Below are positions 15,519 to 26,415 of a DNA stretch of 64,000 nt, piece after piece; the stretch's first letter is position 1; every line of letters starts with the position of its first letter. A program made the position numbers and the translations under genes. The stretch covers positions 32,001-96,000 of IMG/VR virus record IMGVR_UViG_3300043409_001491, one strand, 5' to 3'. The notes beneath the pieces were generated by a model. It was not told the origin of the DNA. It saw only the letters and a program-made list of their open reading frames with translations, and made no database searches. Origin of the DNA: a virus.

Positions 15519-16064
15519 TTACTTAGGAAATTTGCTCATCCACATTCTGGTCTTAGGCGTAATGCCTTTCCAAGAAGACCAGTCGTTTCCACCATTGGAC
15601 ATGTAGTATGCAATCTCCGCATTTTTGACGGGATTGAATAGTTCAGCGTTAGAGTCAAGATCAAACTTATCTCGTCTATCTGGACCCAGTGTATCAATCA
15701 TATTAATTTGGAACATCCCGTAGGAGGAGTCCCCAGTCTTATGGTTTCCGTTAAATGCTAAGGGACGACCATTAGATTCTTTCTTAGCAATAGCCCATGC
15801 TACTACTAAGTCGTTGCCTTTGAATCCCACCAAAGAAAGCAACTTCTTTAATTCAATATCTGTAAGATTTGTTTTGTTTTCATAACGTTCTAACATTTTT
15901 GCTTTAGAAACAACAAAAGCCACCTTGTGGGTGGCAGCAGAGTTTTCAGCGTGTTTAGTTAGTAAGTTGTTTTCCGTAGTTGATGCATTGGCAAAGTTGC
16001 TAAAGGGTGCTACAACTCCGACCATTGCGAGGATTCCAATCCAAGCCTTCTTGTCTCTTCTCAT
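15519..16064 (-). CDS. Lytic transglycosylase/lysozyme-like (SLT) protein with N-terminal signal/anchor
   Basis: AIAKKES catalytic Glu, SYGMFQIN, NP..N, WSSW; hydrophobic N-terminus. Confidence 0.85.
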   Translation of the reverse strand: MRRDKKAWIGILAMVGVVAPFSNFANASTTENNLLTKHAENSAATHKVAFVVSKAKMLERYENKTNLTDIELKKLLSLVGFKGNDLVVAWAIAKKESNGRPLAFNGNHKTGDSSYGMFQINMIDTLGPDRRDKFDLDSNAELFNPVKNAEIAYYMSNGGNDWSSWKGITPKTRMWMSKFPK

Positions 16065-16087
16065 AATAGTAACCTCCTAGAGAACAA

Positions 16088-16143
16088 ATGCTACCTGTTG
16101 GTAGCATGTATTAATTATAACACGAATTTGCCATCAAAGTCAA
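16088..16143 (-). promoter_or_regulatory. Sigma70/SigA promoter and 5' hairpin for the SLT gene
   Basis: TTGACT-N18-TATAAT with TG extension; ATGCTACC/GGTAGCAT hairpin at 16088-16107. Confidence 0.65.
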
Positions 16144-16208
16144 ACTTTAGATAACATTTTGGTAAACTTTTAGTTTTTACGGGGGAAAGTGGTATAATAA
16201 TAAGTACT

Positions 16209-16736
16209 ATGGCTACTGGTGCAACTACAACTTATGATCTTCCTTATCCCGTTTTAAGTGACCCTGTAAATGTCCACGAGGATATTCAATCACTTGCAGA
16301 ACGCATAGAAGATGTTATTTCAAACATTGGACTTCCTTTTATTTCACTAGAAGTTAGAAATATAACTGTATCAACAATTGCAAAAGGAACACCAGTTTAT
16401 ATTTCAGGGTATACATCAAAACCAACAGTTGCAAAATGTGATTCAAATGACCTAACAACATTTCCAGTAGTTGGAATAACACAAGCAGCAATGACAAGTA
16501 ATTCTGATGGTGTAATAATTATCTCTGGCGTATTTGAAAATATAAATACTGCATCCTACACTGCTGGAGATATACTTTATGTTGCTGATGGTGGAGGTTT
16601 GACAGATACAGTTCCTACTGATGGATCAGGTGCTGTAGCAGTGGTTGCTAAATCAAATGCCTCAACTGGTGTTATTATTGTTGGACAGCCAAAAGGTAAT
16701 GGATCTTGGGGGGCATTGAAAAATGGACTTGCTTAA
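16209..16736 (+). CDS. Virion structural protein
   Basis: LPYP N-terminus; GTPVY...G..LYV beta-clip-like domain. Confidence 0.7.
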   Translation: MATGATTTYDLPYPVLSDPVNVHEDIQSLAERIEDVISNIGLPFISLEVRNITVSTIAKGTPVYISGYTSKPTVAKCDSNDLTTFPVVGITQAAMTSNSDGVIIISGVFENINTASYTAGDILYVADGGGLTDTVPTDGSGAVAVVAKSNASTGVIIVGQPKGNGSWGALKNGLA

Positions 16737-16751
16737 TGGTATAATTTAACA

Positions 16752-17210
16752 ATGGCCGTATATAGAAACCCTAATGAAACCCCCCTAGAAGGAGTAACTG
16801 CTCCATCTACCTATAACATTGGAAATAAACCTCCACTTGTTAACTGGACCGTTGTAATTGGAGATAGTGCTTCTTTTAGAATTTATGTTGAAGATGATCT
16901 TGGAAATGAATTAGATTATACATTCCCTGTTAGTGGTGACGATGCTGGTTGGGATATTTCTGGAGAGTTTAGACGATACTCTGATAATACTGGAGATGAT
17001 CTGTTGTTTACGATTTATCCAAATCAAGTACCAGGGCTTGATGAGCCTGGAGAGTTTACAGTTACAGTATCACCTGCACAGTCTAAGATTTTAAGAACAG
17101 GCGATGTCTTTGATATTCAATTAAGAGATGGTGCCACTCGTGTTTGGACTGTTTGTCAGGGTGAGATGACTATGATTGGCGAAGTCACAGAGCAAGATAC
17201 AGTAAGTTAA
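16752..17210 (+). CDS. Putative virion structural protein (paralogue of 6125/7405)
   Basis: WTVVIGDSA...FDIQL...WTVCQG. Confidence 0.7.
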   Translation: MAVYRNPNETPLEGVTAPSTYNIGNKPPLVNWTVVIGDSASFRIYVEDDLGNELDYTFPVSGDDAGWDISGEFRRYSDNTGDDLLFTIYPNQVPGLDEPGEFTVTVSPAQSKILRTGDVFDIQLRDGATRVWTVCQGEMTMIGEVTEQDTVS

Positions 17211-17212
17211 TT

Positions 17213-17548
17213 ATGGCAACAACCAATATAACCAATATTGGCAGAAGCCAAACCATCTCTGATATAAAACCAACAATAACAGCAGAAAATATATCTACCC
17301 ACTCTTCAATAATTTCAAGCATTGCTTTTTTAGTTACAGCAGCAACAATTGCAATCTCTCCAACAATTGAAGACATATCAGGCTCTGTCGGATCTTTGGT
17401 AACTGCAGACTATCCTAAAATAACAACGGTAACAGAGATACTACCATTTAGACTAACCATAACTAATATTGGCATTGAGGGGTACAGTCCTTCAAATCCC
17501 CCAGGAATTGGAATTCAAATGATTGGTTTTTCTAACTATATACTTTAA
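17213..17548 (+). CDS. Hypothetical virion protein
   Basis: ORF track; operon context. Confidence 0.6.
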   Translation: MATTNITNIGRSQTISDIKPTITAENISTHSSIISSIAFLVTAATIAISPTIEDISGSVGSLVTADYPKITTVTEILPFRLTITNIGIEGYSPSNPPGIGIQMIGFSNYIL

Positions 17549-17568
17549 CAATATGATATAATTCAAAC

Positions 17569-18021
17569 ATGGCGAAAATATCATTATCAAGCGTAAAAGC
17601 CCTGTTTCAGACAGGCGACAGACCAACTCAAGAAAACTATGTTGATTTAATTGATACGGCGTCTGCTCAGGCAACAGATTTGGGTAGTGCAGGTAGCAAC
17701 GAAGACACAAATGAAATAACCGTAACAGGTATTGAGAACAGCACACTCTTTGATAGTTTTTCAGCCACAGAGTGGAGATCCATTAAGTATGTGGTCTCAT
17801 TAAAAAAGAATAGTGGAGATAAGTTCTTTACAACAGAATTGACCATAGTCCCTGACGGTACAAATGATAATGTTAGTGAATATGGAACAGTAGACAATAA
17901 TGGGAATATTGGCACCATTAACGTCTCTAGAACAGGAAGCACAGTCTCACTAACTGTAGTTCCTGTGTCAGGTCAGACCCCCATCACCTTACGCTATATG
18001 CGTACAGGCTTGAAGGCTTAA
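17569..18021 (+). CDS. Virion protein sharing its C-terminal domain with the 18037 fibre
   Basis: FQTGDRPTQ N-terminus; DSF....S.KY.V....EY domain. Confidence 0.7.
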   Translation: MAKISLSSVKALFQTGDRPTQENYVDLIDTASAQATDLGSAGSNEDTNEITVTGIENSTLFDSFSATEWRSIKYVVSLKKNSGDKFFTTELTIVPDGTNDNVSEYGTVDNNGNIGTINVSRTGSTVSLTVVPVSGQTPITLRYMRTGLKA

Positions 18022-18036
18022 CCAAGGAGATAACAA

Positions 18037-20157
18037 ATGGCAACAATAACAAAAGATTTTAGAGTAAAGGCAGGACTGGTAGTTGAAGGATCAACTGCGA
18101 CTGTCAACACACATGATATAGTTACAAAAGAAATTTTTGATGCAAAAGGTGATTTGCTGGTTGGAACAGGTTCTAATGCTGGAACAAGAGTTGCCGTTGG
18201 AACAAACGGACATATTCTCATGGCAGATTCCAATGAAACAAATGGACTTAAATGGACATCACCACCTGCAGTCGGTGTATTCGATACACAGATTAGTTTT
18301 GAAGGTTCTACAGTAGATACTGCTGAGACAACACTTACAATAGTAGACCCAACAGAAGACCGCACAATTACACTTCCTAATGCAACTGGAACAGTTGTTC
18401 TTAAAGATTCAACTGATACACTAACAAATAAATCAATTTCACTAACAACAAATACTATTACTGGCACAAAAGCAGAGTTTAACTCAGCAATGTCAGATGC
18501 AGATTTTGCATCACTTGCTGGTAGCGAAACACTAACTAACAAAACAATTAACTTATCAGATAATAGCCTAAGTGGAACGGTTGCACAATTTAATACTGCT
18601 CTTAGTGATGACAACTTTGCTACCCTCACAGGTTCAGAGACTCTTACAAATAAGACACTTACATCACCAACAATGACTTCTCCAGCACTTGGTACTCCAG
18701 CATCAGGAACTTTAACTAACGCAACAGGTCTTCCAGTTAGTGGAATCGTTGACTCAACATCTGAGGCTCTTGGCGTTGGAAGTATTGAATTAGGCCATGC
18801 ATCTGATACAACTATTGCTAGATCTGGCGCTGGTGTTGTAACTATTGAAGGTGTTGAGGTTACTACAAATACCGCAACTCAAACCTTAACAAACAAAACT
18901 TTAACAAGTCCAACAATGACTACTCCAGCACTTGGAACCCCCGCTTCTGGTGTTTTAACCAACGTAACAGGTCTTCCAATCTCAACTGGTGTAGACGGAC
19001 TTGGATCAGGGGTTGCAACTTTCTTAGCAACACCTTCTTCAGCAAACCTTGCAGCAGCATTAACCGATGAGGCAGGATCTGGAACAGTAGCATTTACTAC
19101 TAGCCCAACTTTTGTTACACCAGTTCTTGGTGTGGCTACTGCTACATCTGTTAATGGTACAACTATCCCGTCATCAAAAACACTTGTTGTAACAACAGAT
19201 ACCTTAGCAGTTCACGCTGCTACAACTTCTGCTGAATTAGCAGGAGTTATCTCAGACGAGACTGGTACTGGAGCACTTGTTTTTGCTAATACCCCAACAC
19301 TTGTAACACCAAACATTGGTGCAGCAACTGGAACATCTTTGGTTCTTTCAGGGGACCTAACAGTTAACGGTACAACAACTACAATTAACTCAACAGAAAT
19401 TACAATTGATGACAAGAACCTTGTTCTTGGTGCAGTAACATCTCCAACAGATGCAGGCGCAGACGGTGGTGGTATTACTCTTAAGGGTGATTCAGACAAG
19501 ACTTTCTCATGGATAGATGCAACTGATGCATGGACTTCTTCAGAACACCTTAATCTTGCTTCTGCCAAGGTATTAAAGATTGCTGGAACTGAAGTTCTAT
19601 CAGCAACACAGTACACTGGAAATGCTGCAACAGTAACAAATGGTGTTTATACAACAAGCAAGATTTCAGCACTCGCTGCAACATCTTCTGCAGAACTTGC
19701 AGGAGTTATCTCAGATGAGACGGGAACTGGTGCTCTAGTATTTGCTAACACACCAACTCTTGTTACTCCAGTAATCGGAGCAGCAACTGGTACATCTTTA
19801 GTTCTTTCAGGCGTACTAACTGCAACAGCAATCACACTAAATGATTCATCAGTAGGTTCTGCAACAGCAACTGCTGGAACATCAGCAACTACAATTGACT
19901 CATTCCCATCAGCAACATATTCTTCTGCTAAATACATTGTTCAGATGAAAAAGGGAACTGACATTGAAGTAATTGAAGTTCTTGTTACAGTTAACTCAGC
20001 AAATGACGTATATCTAACAGAGTATGCTAACGTACAAAGCAATGTACAACTTGGAACAACAAATGCTGTCCATGACGGAACAAACGTTCTTCTTCAGGTA
20101 ACTGCTGCAGCAGCAGATACTGCTGTTAAGATACACAGAACTTATATTGAAGCATAA
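18037..20157 (+). CDS. Tail fibre protein
   Basis: TLTNKT repeats, [16 protein letters not shown], [19 protein letters not shown] repeats. Confidence 0.85.
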   Translation: MATITKDFRVKAGLVVEGSTATVNTHDIVTKEIFDAKGDLLVGTGSNAGTRVAVGTNGHILMADSNETNGLKWTSPPAVGVFDTQISFEGSTVDTAETTLTIVDPTEDRTITLPNATGTVVLKDSTDTLTNKSISLTTNTITGTKAEFNSAMSDADFASLAGSETLTNKTINLSDNSLSGTVAQFNTALSDDNFATLTGSETLTNKTLTSPTMTSPALGTPASGTLTNATGLPVSGIVDSTSEALGVGSIELGHASDTTIARSGAGVVTIEGVEVTTNTATQTLTNKTLTSPTMTTPALGTPASGVLTNVTGLPISTGVDGLGSGVATFLATPSSANLAAALTDEAGSGTVAFTTSPTFVTPVLGVATATSVNGTTIPSSKTLVVTTDTLAVHAATTSAELAGVISDETGTGALVFANTPTLVTPNIGAATGTSLVLSGDLTVNGTTTTINSTEITIDDKNLVLGAVTSPTDAGADGGGITLKGDSDKTFSWIDATDAWTSSEHLNLASAKVLKIAGTEVLSATQYTGNAATVTNGVYTTSKISALAATSSAELAGVISDETGTGALVFANTPTLVTPVIGAATGTSLVLSGVLTATAITLNDSSVGSATATAGTSATTIDSFPSATYSSAKYIVQMKKGTDIEVIEVLVTVNSANDVYLTEYANVQSNVQLGTTNAVHDGTNVLLQVTAAAADTAVKIHRTYIEA

Positions 20158-20178
20158 CTAATAGAATAGAGTCTGGGA

Positions 20179-20820
20179 ATGGCAACTGTAAATAAAGACT
20201 TCAGAGTAAAGCATGGGCTCGCCGTAGCCGAAGGCGCTACTTTTGGAGGAACTGTTACAGTTGCCGCCCCTACTGAAAACCTACATGCTGCTACTAAAGC
20301 ATATGTAGATAGCCAATCAAATGCATTGGAAGTTTCAGCAACTGCTCCAGTATCTCCAAGCAATGGAGATTTATGGTTTGACACAGTAACAACTAGAGTC
20401 TATGTTTATTATAGTTCTGAGTGGATTGCTTTGGCTACCCTTGCAGATGCAGAGGTTTTACAAGAGCATATTCACGATACTACTCCTGGCGGAACAGGCA
20501 AAATTGCAACTATATTTGTAGATGCAGAATATTATTATAGTGCAGGAAATCTTGTAAGTGCTGGATTTTATAATACAGCAAGTTGGGATTCCACCTTTAA
20601 TGATGAAGATTGGTACATACTAGAACTGCAATCTGAAACTGTTGAGATTGCTCAACACATCCACAATACATCAATTGATGGAACTGGGCTTATTGTAACT
20701 ACGTTTGTTGATGCTGGATATTATTATGAGATCAGCCCATTAGAAGACGCGGGTTCTTATAGTACAGAAAGTTGGAGTTCAACGTATAACGGTGGGCTTT
20801 CATATGACCTGTATAATTAA
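20179..20820 (+). CDS. Fibre-associated virion protein
   Basis: N-terminus like 18037; AATKAYVD and GDLWFD motifs; internal repeat. Confidence 0.75.
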   Translation: MATVNKDFRVKHGLAVAEGATFGGTVTVAAPTENLHAATKAYVDSQSNALEVSATAPVSPSNGDLWFDTVTTRVYVYYSSEWIALATLADAEVLQEHIHDTTPGGTGKIATIFVDAEYYYSAGNLVSAGFYNTASWDSTFNDEDWYILELQSETVEIAQHIHNTSIDGTGLIVTTFVDAGYYYEISPLEDAGSYSTESWSSTYNGGLSYDLYN

Positions 20821-20863
20821 AGATATGATATAATTTGTTTATAATGCTACCGAAGGAGCAAAA

Positions 20864-23800
20864 ATGGCAACAAGAATGCAACAGCGTAGAGGCACTGCAG
20901 CGCAGTGGACCTCTACAAATAGCGGCGCTGGTCCAATCCTAAATGCTGGAGAAATCGGCTGGGAATCAGACACCAATAAATTTAAAATAGGTGATGGAAC
21001 AAACACTTGGGCTGCCCTTGACTACTTTATAGACGCCGACTCAACTGTAAGTCCATCCTTTGGAACAAGTATTACCTTTGAAGGTAGCACTAACGACGGT
21101 AATGAAACAACGCTAATTGTTGTTGATCCAACAGCCGATAGAACAATCTATCTTCCAAACGCATCAGGTACAGTTATTACAACTGGTAATCTTTCAGATA
21201 TTACAGACATTGGAGTGTTTACTTCAACAATCGTAATGGAAGGCTCTAGCGCAGACGCCTCTGAACTTACGCTATCAGCAGGAAACCCAACAGCAGACCG
21301 CACAATTACATTCCCTGACGTAACAGGAACTGTTGCTTTAGCAGAAACAGTAGCCTCTTCTCTTTCAACGGCTTTAGAATCTTATGTTTTAACATCAAAG
21401 GTTGGTGCGTCAACAGATGGCGTTGCAGGTCTAAATTCAGACTCTAACTTGCTTGTTCCAGGAACAAAGATTATTTTTGAAGGTACTGTAGATGGATTTG
21501 AAACTGAATTTTCAGTAACAAACCCTACAGCAGATGTAACTTTAAGTTTTCCAAATGCTACAGATACAATAGTTGGAAGAATAACAACCGACACACTTAC
21601 AAACAAAACTCTAACATCGCCAAAAATTAATGAAGATGTTATTATGTCGGCAACCGCCACAGAACTTAATATTCTTGATGGAGCAACACTATCAACAACA
21701 GAACTTAACTATGTTGATGGAGTAACTTCTGCAATTCAAACTCAAATAGATTTAAAATCTCCTCTTGCATCACCTACTTTTACAGGAACAGTAAATGCAG
21801 CAGCAATTACTACTTCTGGAGATGTAGTAGTTGGAGACCAAGCATTTGTAGGTACAGGGGCTTCAACATTCTCAGGTGCTGGAGATGGAAATTTAACAAA
21901 TCCAGCAATGGTAGTTAGATTTGCTAATGGAGCAAGTGAAGCCTCATTTGCCCAAATGGCATTTCAAAACAATGACCCAACATCTTCTACTGACATAATT
22001 GCTTATGCAGATAATGGAAATGACACTTCTGGTTGGACCGATATGGGTATGACTGGAAGTACTTTTAGTTCTGCAGACTATACAATTACAGCCGCAAACG
22101 ATGGATACATGTTTGTTCAAGCACCACTTGGAAACTTAAGGTCTATTAATAACAAAGTACTTGCTAGCAACGTAGCAACACTTACAACATCTGCTGCTCA
22201 CGGATATGCTATTGGAGATGAAGTTGTTGTAAGTGAAGTAGATGCTACATTTAACGGTACCTTCATAATTACAGCAGTAACTTCAACTACTTTTAGTTAT
22301 GCAAAATCAGCAGGAAACGTTGCTTCAGCAGCAGTTTCTCCAGTTGGATCAGCAAAGGTTGCAACAGGTAATGGAAACCTTGTTTTAGCAACAGGTGAGA
22401 ATGGTACAAGAAATAAGATTGTATTTGCTGCTGGAGGTCTTTCTACTAGCAACACGCAAATGGAAATTACACCAGATGAAAGTGTGCACATTGAAATAGC
22501 AACACCATCAACATCACCCACAACAGGAGCACTAACAGTAGTTGGTGGAGTTGGTATTACTGGAGATATGAATCTTCAAGGAGACCTAGATGTAAACGGA
22601 ACTGTAGACTTCTCTGGAGTTACAACTCTTCCAATTGGTACAAATGCTAATACATTCTTAGCAACCCTTACTAACCCAGTCGTAGTTGTTGATACAACAG
22701 CAAACGACTTTGCACAAATTGCTTTCCAGAACCGTAGCGCACACGCAGATGCCTCTACAGACATCATTGCTTATTCAAATACTGGAAGTGATACCGCTGG
22801 TTATATTGACATGGGTATTACATCTTCAGCATTTTCTGATGTGGACTTTACAATCACTGGACCTGGTGACGGATATATATTCGTAACTGGTGCAACTGGT
22901 GGATCAGATGGAGGTAACTTAGTCTTAGCAACAGGTGATACAGGTTCAACAAATAAAATCATCTTTGCTGCAGGTGGATTAGCATCTAATAATGAACAGA
23001 TGACAATTACTCCAGATGACAACGTTAAGATTTCTATTGCTACTCCATCAACTTCTGCTACTACTGGTGCTTTACAAGTAGTCGGCGGCGTAGGTATTCA
23101 AGGAGACATGAACGTTGATGGTAATGTTAATATTGAAGGAACAATCACATTTGGTGGAGCAGGAACTACTGTAGAAACCGCAAACCTTAATGTTACAGAT
23201 CCTGCAGTCTTTGTTGGAACTAACAACCAATCAGATATTGTTGACCTTGCTTTTATCGGAGAGTATGCAACAACAATTGGTACAATTACAAAGACTGTTT
23301 CAAATAAGGCTCTTACATCAAATGTTGCAACACTTACAACATCAACAACACATACTTATCTTGCTGGAGACGTTGTAGTTGTTTCTGGTGTAGACGCTAC
23401 ATTTAACGGTACTTATAACATTATTGCAGTACCAACTACAACAACATTTACATATGCTAAGACAGCAACAAATGTATCCTCAGCAGCAGCCTCTGGCTCT
23501 GCAGCGGTATCAGCCAGACGTAAATTTGCTGGTATTGCAAGAGATGCATCAGATGGGGTAATCAAAGCATTCAAGGATGCAACAACTAAGCCAACTAGCA
23601 CAGTTAACTTCTCTGAGGCTGGATTAGCATACTCTGATCTACAGGTTGCTGGAATTACAGCATCATCAATTACTGTTGGAGATGTAACTAATACAGAGTT
23701 TGGATACTTAGATGGAGTAACTTCATCAATCCAGACTCAAATTGGTACAAAGTTAGACTCAACAACTGCTGCTACTACATATGCTCCTATTGCAAGCCCA

Positions 23801-24535
23801 GTCTTTACTGGAATTGTGTCTGTTGCAACTTCAATTGAATTTGAAGGCTCAACAGCAGATTCTTTTGAGACAACGTTAACTCTAACAGATCCAACTGCTG
23901 ATCGTACAATAACTTTGCCAAATGCTACTGGAACAGTATCTTTGGTTTCAAATGCCGAAACTCTTACTAACAAGACTATGGCATTTTCTTCAAACACAAT
24001 TACTGGAACAATCTCAGACTTTAATACAGCGCTAACAGATCAAGATTTTGCAACATTAGCAGGTACAGAAACTCTTACAAACAAGACTCTTACACTTGGA
24101 AATAATACTATAAGCGGTACTATTGCACAATTTAATACCGCAGTAACAGATCAAGATCTTGCAACTCTTGCAGGCACTGAAACATTAACTAACAAAACCA
24201 TAACAGCACCAGTAGTCAATTTGGCTATTAATGCTCAGACTGGAACAACATATACATTTGTCCTAACAGATAACGGAAAGTTTGTTACTGCATCTAATGC
24301 ATCGTCTCAGACTTACACTATACCGCCTGCTGCCTCAGTTGCCTATGCTATTGGTGCACAGATCAACTTAGTCCGTAAGGGTGCAGGAGCGGTTGCTTTT
24401 GCTGCAGGCGCAGGTGTAACTATTCGTTCTACTGGTGCAACGCCTGCCGCACCAACATTGCGTGTACAATATTCAACTGCTACTTGTATCTATGAAGGTT
24501 CAGATATTTGGTATGTAGTAGGAGATATTTCATAA
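20864..24535 (+). CDS. Long tail fibre with Mtd/hyaluronidase-type N-terminal domain
   Basis: MATRMQQRRGTAAQW...GEIGWESDTNKFKIGDG; TLTNKT repeats; C-terminal WYVVGDIS. Confidence 0.85.
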   Translation: MATRMQQRRGTAAQWTSTNSGAGPILNAGEIGWESDTNKFKIGDGTNTWAALDYFIDADSTVSPSFGTSITFEGSTNDGNETTLIVVDPTADRTIYLPNASGTVITTGNLSDITDIGVFTSTIVMEGSSADASELTLSAGNPTADRTITFPDVTGTVALAETVASSLSTALESYVLTSKVGASTDGVAGLNSDSNLLVPGTKIIFEGTVDGFETEFSVTNPTADVTLSFPNATDTIVGRITTDTLTNKTLTSPKINEDVIMSATATELNILDGATLSTTELNYVDGVTSAIQTQIDLKSPLASPTFTGTVNAAAITTSGDVVVGDQAFVGTGASTFSGAGDGNLTNPAMVVRFANGASEASFAQMAFQNNDPTSSTDIIAYADNGNDTSGWTDMGMTGSTFSSADYTITAANDGYMFVQAPLGNLRSINNKVLASNVATLTTSAAHGYAIGDEVVVSEVDATFNGTFIITAVTSTTFSYAKSAGNVASAAVSPVGSAKVATGNGNLVLATGENGTRNKIVFAAGGLSTSNTQMEITPDESVHIEIATPSTSPTTGALTVVGGVGITGDMNLQGDLDVNGTVDFSGVTTLPIGTNANTFLATLTNPVVVVDTTANDFAQIAFQNRSAHADASTDIIAYSNTGSDTAGYIDMGITSSAFSDVDFTITGPGDGYIFVTGATGGSDGGNLVLATGDTGSTNKIIFAAGGLASNNEQMTITPDDNVKISIATPSTSATTGALQVVGGVGIQGDMNVDGNVNIEGTITFGGAGTTVETANLNVTDPAVFVGTNNQSDIVDLAFIGEYATTIGTITKTVSNKALTSNVATLTTSTTHTYLAGDVVVVSGVDATFNGTYNIIAVPTTTTFTYAKTATNVSSAAASGSAAVSARRKFAGIARDASDGVIKAFKDATTKPTSTVNFSEAGLAYSDLQVAGITASSITVGDVTNTEFGYLDGVTSSIQTQIGTKLDSTTAATTYAPIASPVFTGIVSVATSIEFEGSTADSFETTLTLTDPTADRTITLPNATGTVSLVSNAETLTNKTMAFSSNTITGTISDFNTALTDQDFATLAGTETLTNKTLTLGNNTISGTIAQFNTAVTDQDLATLAGTETLTNKTITAPVVNLAINAQTGTTYTFVLTDNGKFVTASNASSQTYTIPPAASVAYAIGAQINLVRKGAGAVAFAAGAGVTIRSTGATPAAPTLRVQYSTATCIYEGSDIWYVVGDIS

Positions 24536-24584
24536 ATATAGCGTTTTAACACATGCTATAATTATATAAGAAAAGGAGTCTTAG

Positions 24585-25895
24585 ATGCCAGTACTTGGAA
24601 TTGTTTCATCATCAGCCAAAGGTGCACCTGGAACACCAATATCTGTATCTGCTACAAATGTCGGTTCTGGTCGTGCTTTCAATGATGGCAGAGCAGATGT
24701 TTCCTTTACTACAGGCCCAGGCGGATTGGCCACTTCCTTTACTGTTACTTCTAGTCCAGGCGGATACACTGGCACTGGTTCTTCATCTCCAATAACCGTT
24801 ACAGGCCTACAAAGTGCCACTGCTTATACATTTACAGTTGTGGCAACTAACGCTGCTGGATCATCGGCTGCATCTTCAGCATCTGCCGCTATTACAGCAA
24901 CAACCGTTCCAAATGCGCCTACTGTTGGAACATTTAGTAGATCAAGCAACACCGTAGGTTCACTTACATTTACTGCACCTTCTACGGGCGGTACTGCAAT
25001 TACTTCTTACGTAGCATCAACAAATCCATCTATTGCTATAACTACAGCCAATTCATCTAGCCCAGTGACCCTTACTGGTTCGTATGTTCAAGGCACGACA
25101 TATACAGCACGTCTCCTTGCGGTCAATGCAAATGGTTCATCTGCAAACTCTTCTTATTCTAACGGAGTTATTATAAGTCCTACTCCTGTTACCGTATCAT
25201 ATGTAATAGTTGGCAGCGGCGGCGGCGGCGGCACTGGCGGCGGCGGAGCAGGCGGACGAGTTGCATCATCATTCACAGCATCTGGAAGTTATGCAATTAG
25301 CATCGGCGGCGGTGGCGGTGGCGGCACTGGCGGCACTGGAGGTGCAAACGGTGGCACAGGAAGCGCAGCCAGTATTGCAGGAATTAACACTGGCAACGGC
25401 GGAGGCGGAGGCGCCTCTGGCGGATCAGGCGTAGGTGGAGGTTGCGGCGGCGGCGGAGGTTACACTTATCCAGGCTCCACATCAGGAGGCGCAGGTAATC
25501 AAGGCGGCAACGGCGGCACTGGTACTGGAAATGATGGCCGAGGAGGCGGTGGTGGTGGTGTTGGCGGAAACGGAACAAACGCTGGTGGATCAAATGCTGG
25601 CAACGGCGGTGCTGGCATAAGCGGTGTTGGCGGCGGTGGCGCTGGAGGCGCTGTTTGGAATCCTGGTAGCCCTGGCCCAGGCGGAGGCAGTGGAGGCAGC
25701 AGAAACATTGGCGGAGGCGGCGCTGGCTCTGGCGGAACTGGCGGCGGCGGCGGTGGCGGCGGCGAGAACGGCGGCGGTTCAGGAGGAAGTGGAATAATTA
25801 TTTTAACGGCATCGGCTGCAGCAACAAGTTCAAGCGGTGCATCGGTATCAGGAACAACTTACACATTCACAGGAAGCGGGAGTATAACTTTCTAA
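24585..25895 (+). CDS. Fn3 plus glycine-rich virion protein (fibre tip/decoration)
   Basis: Two Fn3 domains (YTFTVVATNAAG; LAVNANG) then a Gly-rich domain ending GSGIIIL...TFTGSGSITF. Confidence 0.85.
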   Translation: MPVLGIVSSSAKGAPGTPISVSATNVGSGRAFNDGRADVSFTTGPGGLATSFTVTSSPGGYTGTGSSSPITVTGLQSATAYTFTVVATNAAGSSAASSASAAITATTVPNAPTVGTFSRSSNTVGSLTFTAPSTGGTAITSYVASTNPSIAITTANSSSPVTLTGSYVQGTTYTARLLAVNANGSSANSSYSNGVIISPTPVTVSYVIVGSGGGGGTGGGGAGGRVASSFTASGSYAISIGGGGGGGTGGTGGANGGTGSAASIAGINTGNGGGGGASGGSGVGGGCGGGGGYTYPGSTSGGAGNQGGNGGTGTGNDGRGGGGGGVGGNGTNAGGSNAGNGGAGISGVGGGGAGGAVWNPGSPGPGGGSGGSRNIGGGGAGSGGTGGGGGGGGENGGGSGGSGIIILTASAAATSSSGASVSGTTYTFTGSGSITF

Positions 25896-26263
25896 TGGCA
25901 CACTTTGCACAACTAGATGAAAACAACAATGTACTTCAAGTGCTTGTTGTTAGAAACGAAGATATTGATTCTTCAAACGAAGAAGCCTCTGGTATCGCAT
26001 ATCTGACCGATATATTTGGTGGTATTTGGAAACAAACCTCTTATAATAATAACATTCGTAAAAACTATGCAAACATTGGATCTACATATAATCAAGATCT
26101 TGATGCATTTATTTCTCCACAACCCTATCCTTCTTGGATATTAAATGAAATTACTTGTAAATGGGAAGCCCCCATCCCTATGCCAACAATTGAATATGAT
26201 GATAGATTTACCTATGTGTGGAAAGAAGAAACTGTTTCTTGGTTTAAAGTTAATTTTGAATAA
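25895..26263 (+). CDS. Conserved small protein following Gly-rich fibre genes
   Basis: MAHFAQLDENN...WKQTSYN...RKNYA...PYPSW motif. Confidence 0.8.
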   Translation: MAHFAQLDENNNVLQVLVVRNEDIDSSNEEASGIAYLTDIFGGIWKQTSYNNNIRKNYANIGSTYNQDLDAFISPQPYPSWILNEITCKWEAPIPMPTIEYDDRFTYVWKEETVSWFKVNFE

Positions 26264-26415
26264 ATACAGTAGACTAAACAAAAAACAAAGCACTTAACCA
26301 TAAACCTAACGGTTAGTGTACGTTTTATGCGTATTTATATTTTATAAAGTTGTGATACACTAGTACTACTTCCGATTTTCTGAAGTACTCACTTAATTTT
26401 ATGAAAGGTAAATAA

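Noticed and set aside
16065-16110. c-di-AMP (ydaO) riboswitch upstream of the transglycosylase
   Set aside because: Leader is only about 45 nt with one simple hairpin
20864-24535. Diversity-generating retroelement suggested by the Mtd-like N-terminus
   Set aside because: No reverse transcriptase and no TR/VR pair seen; only the N-terminal anchor domain is shared
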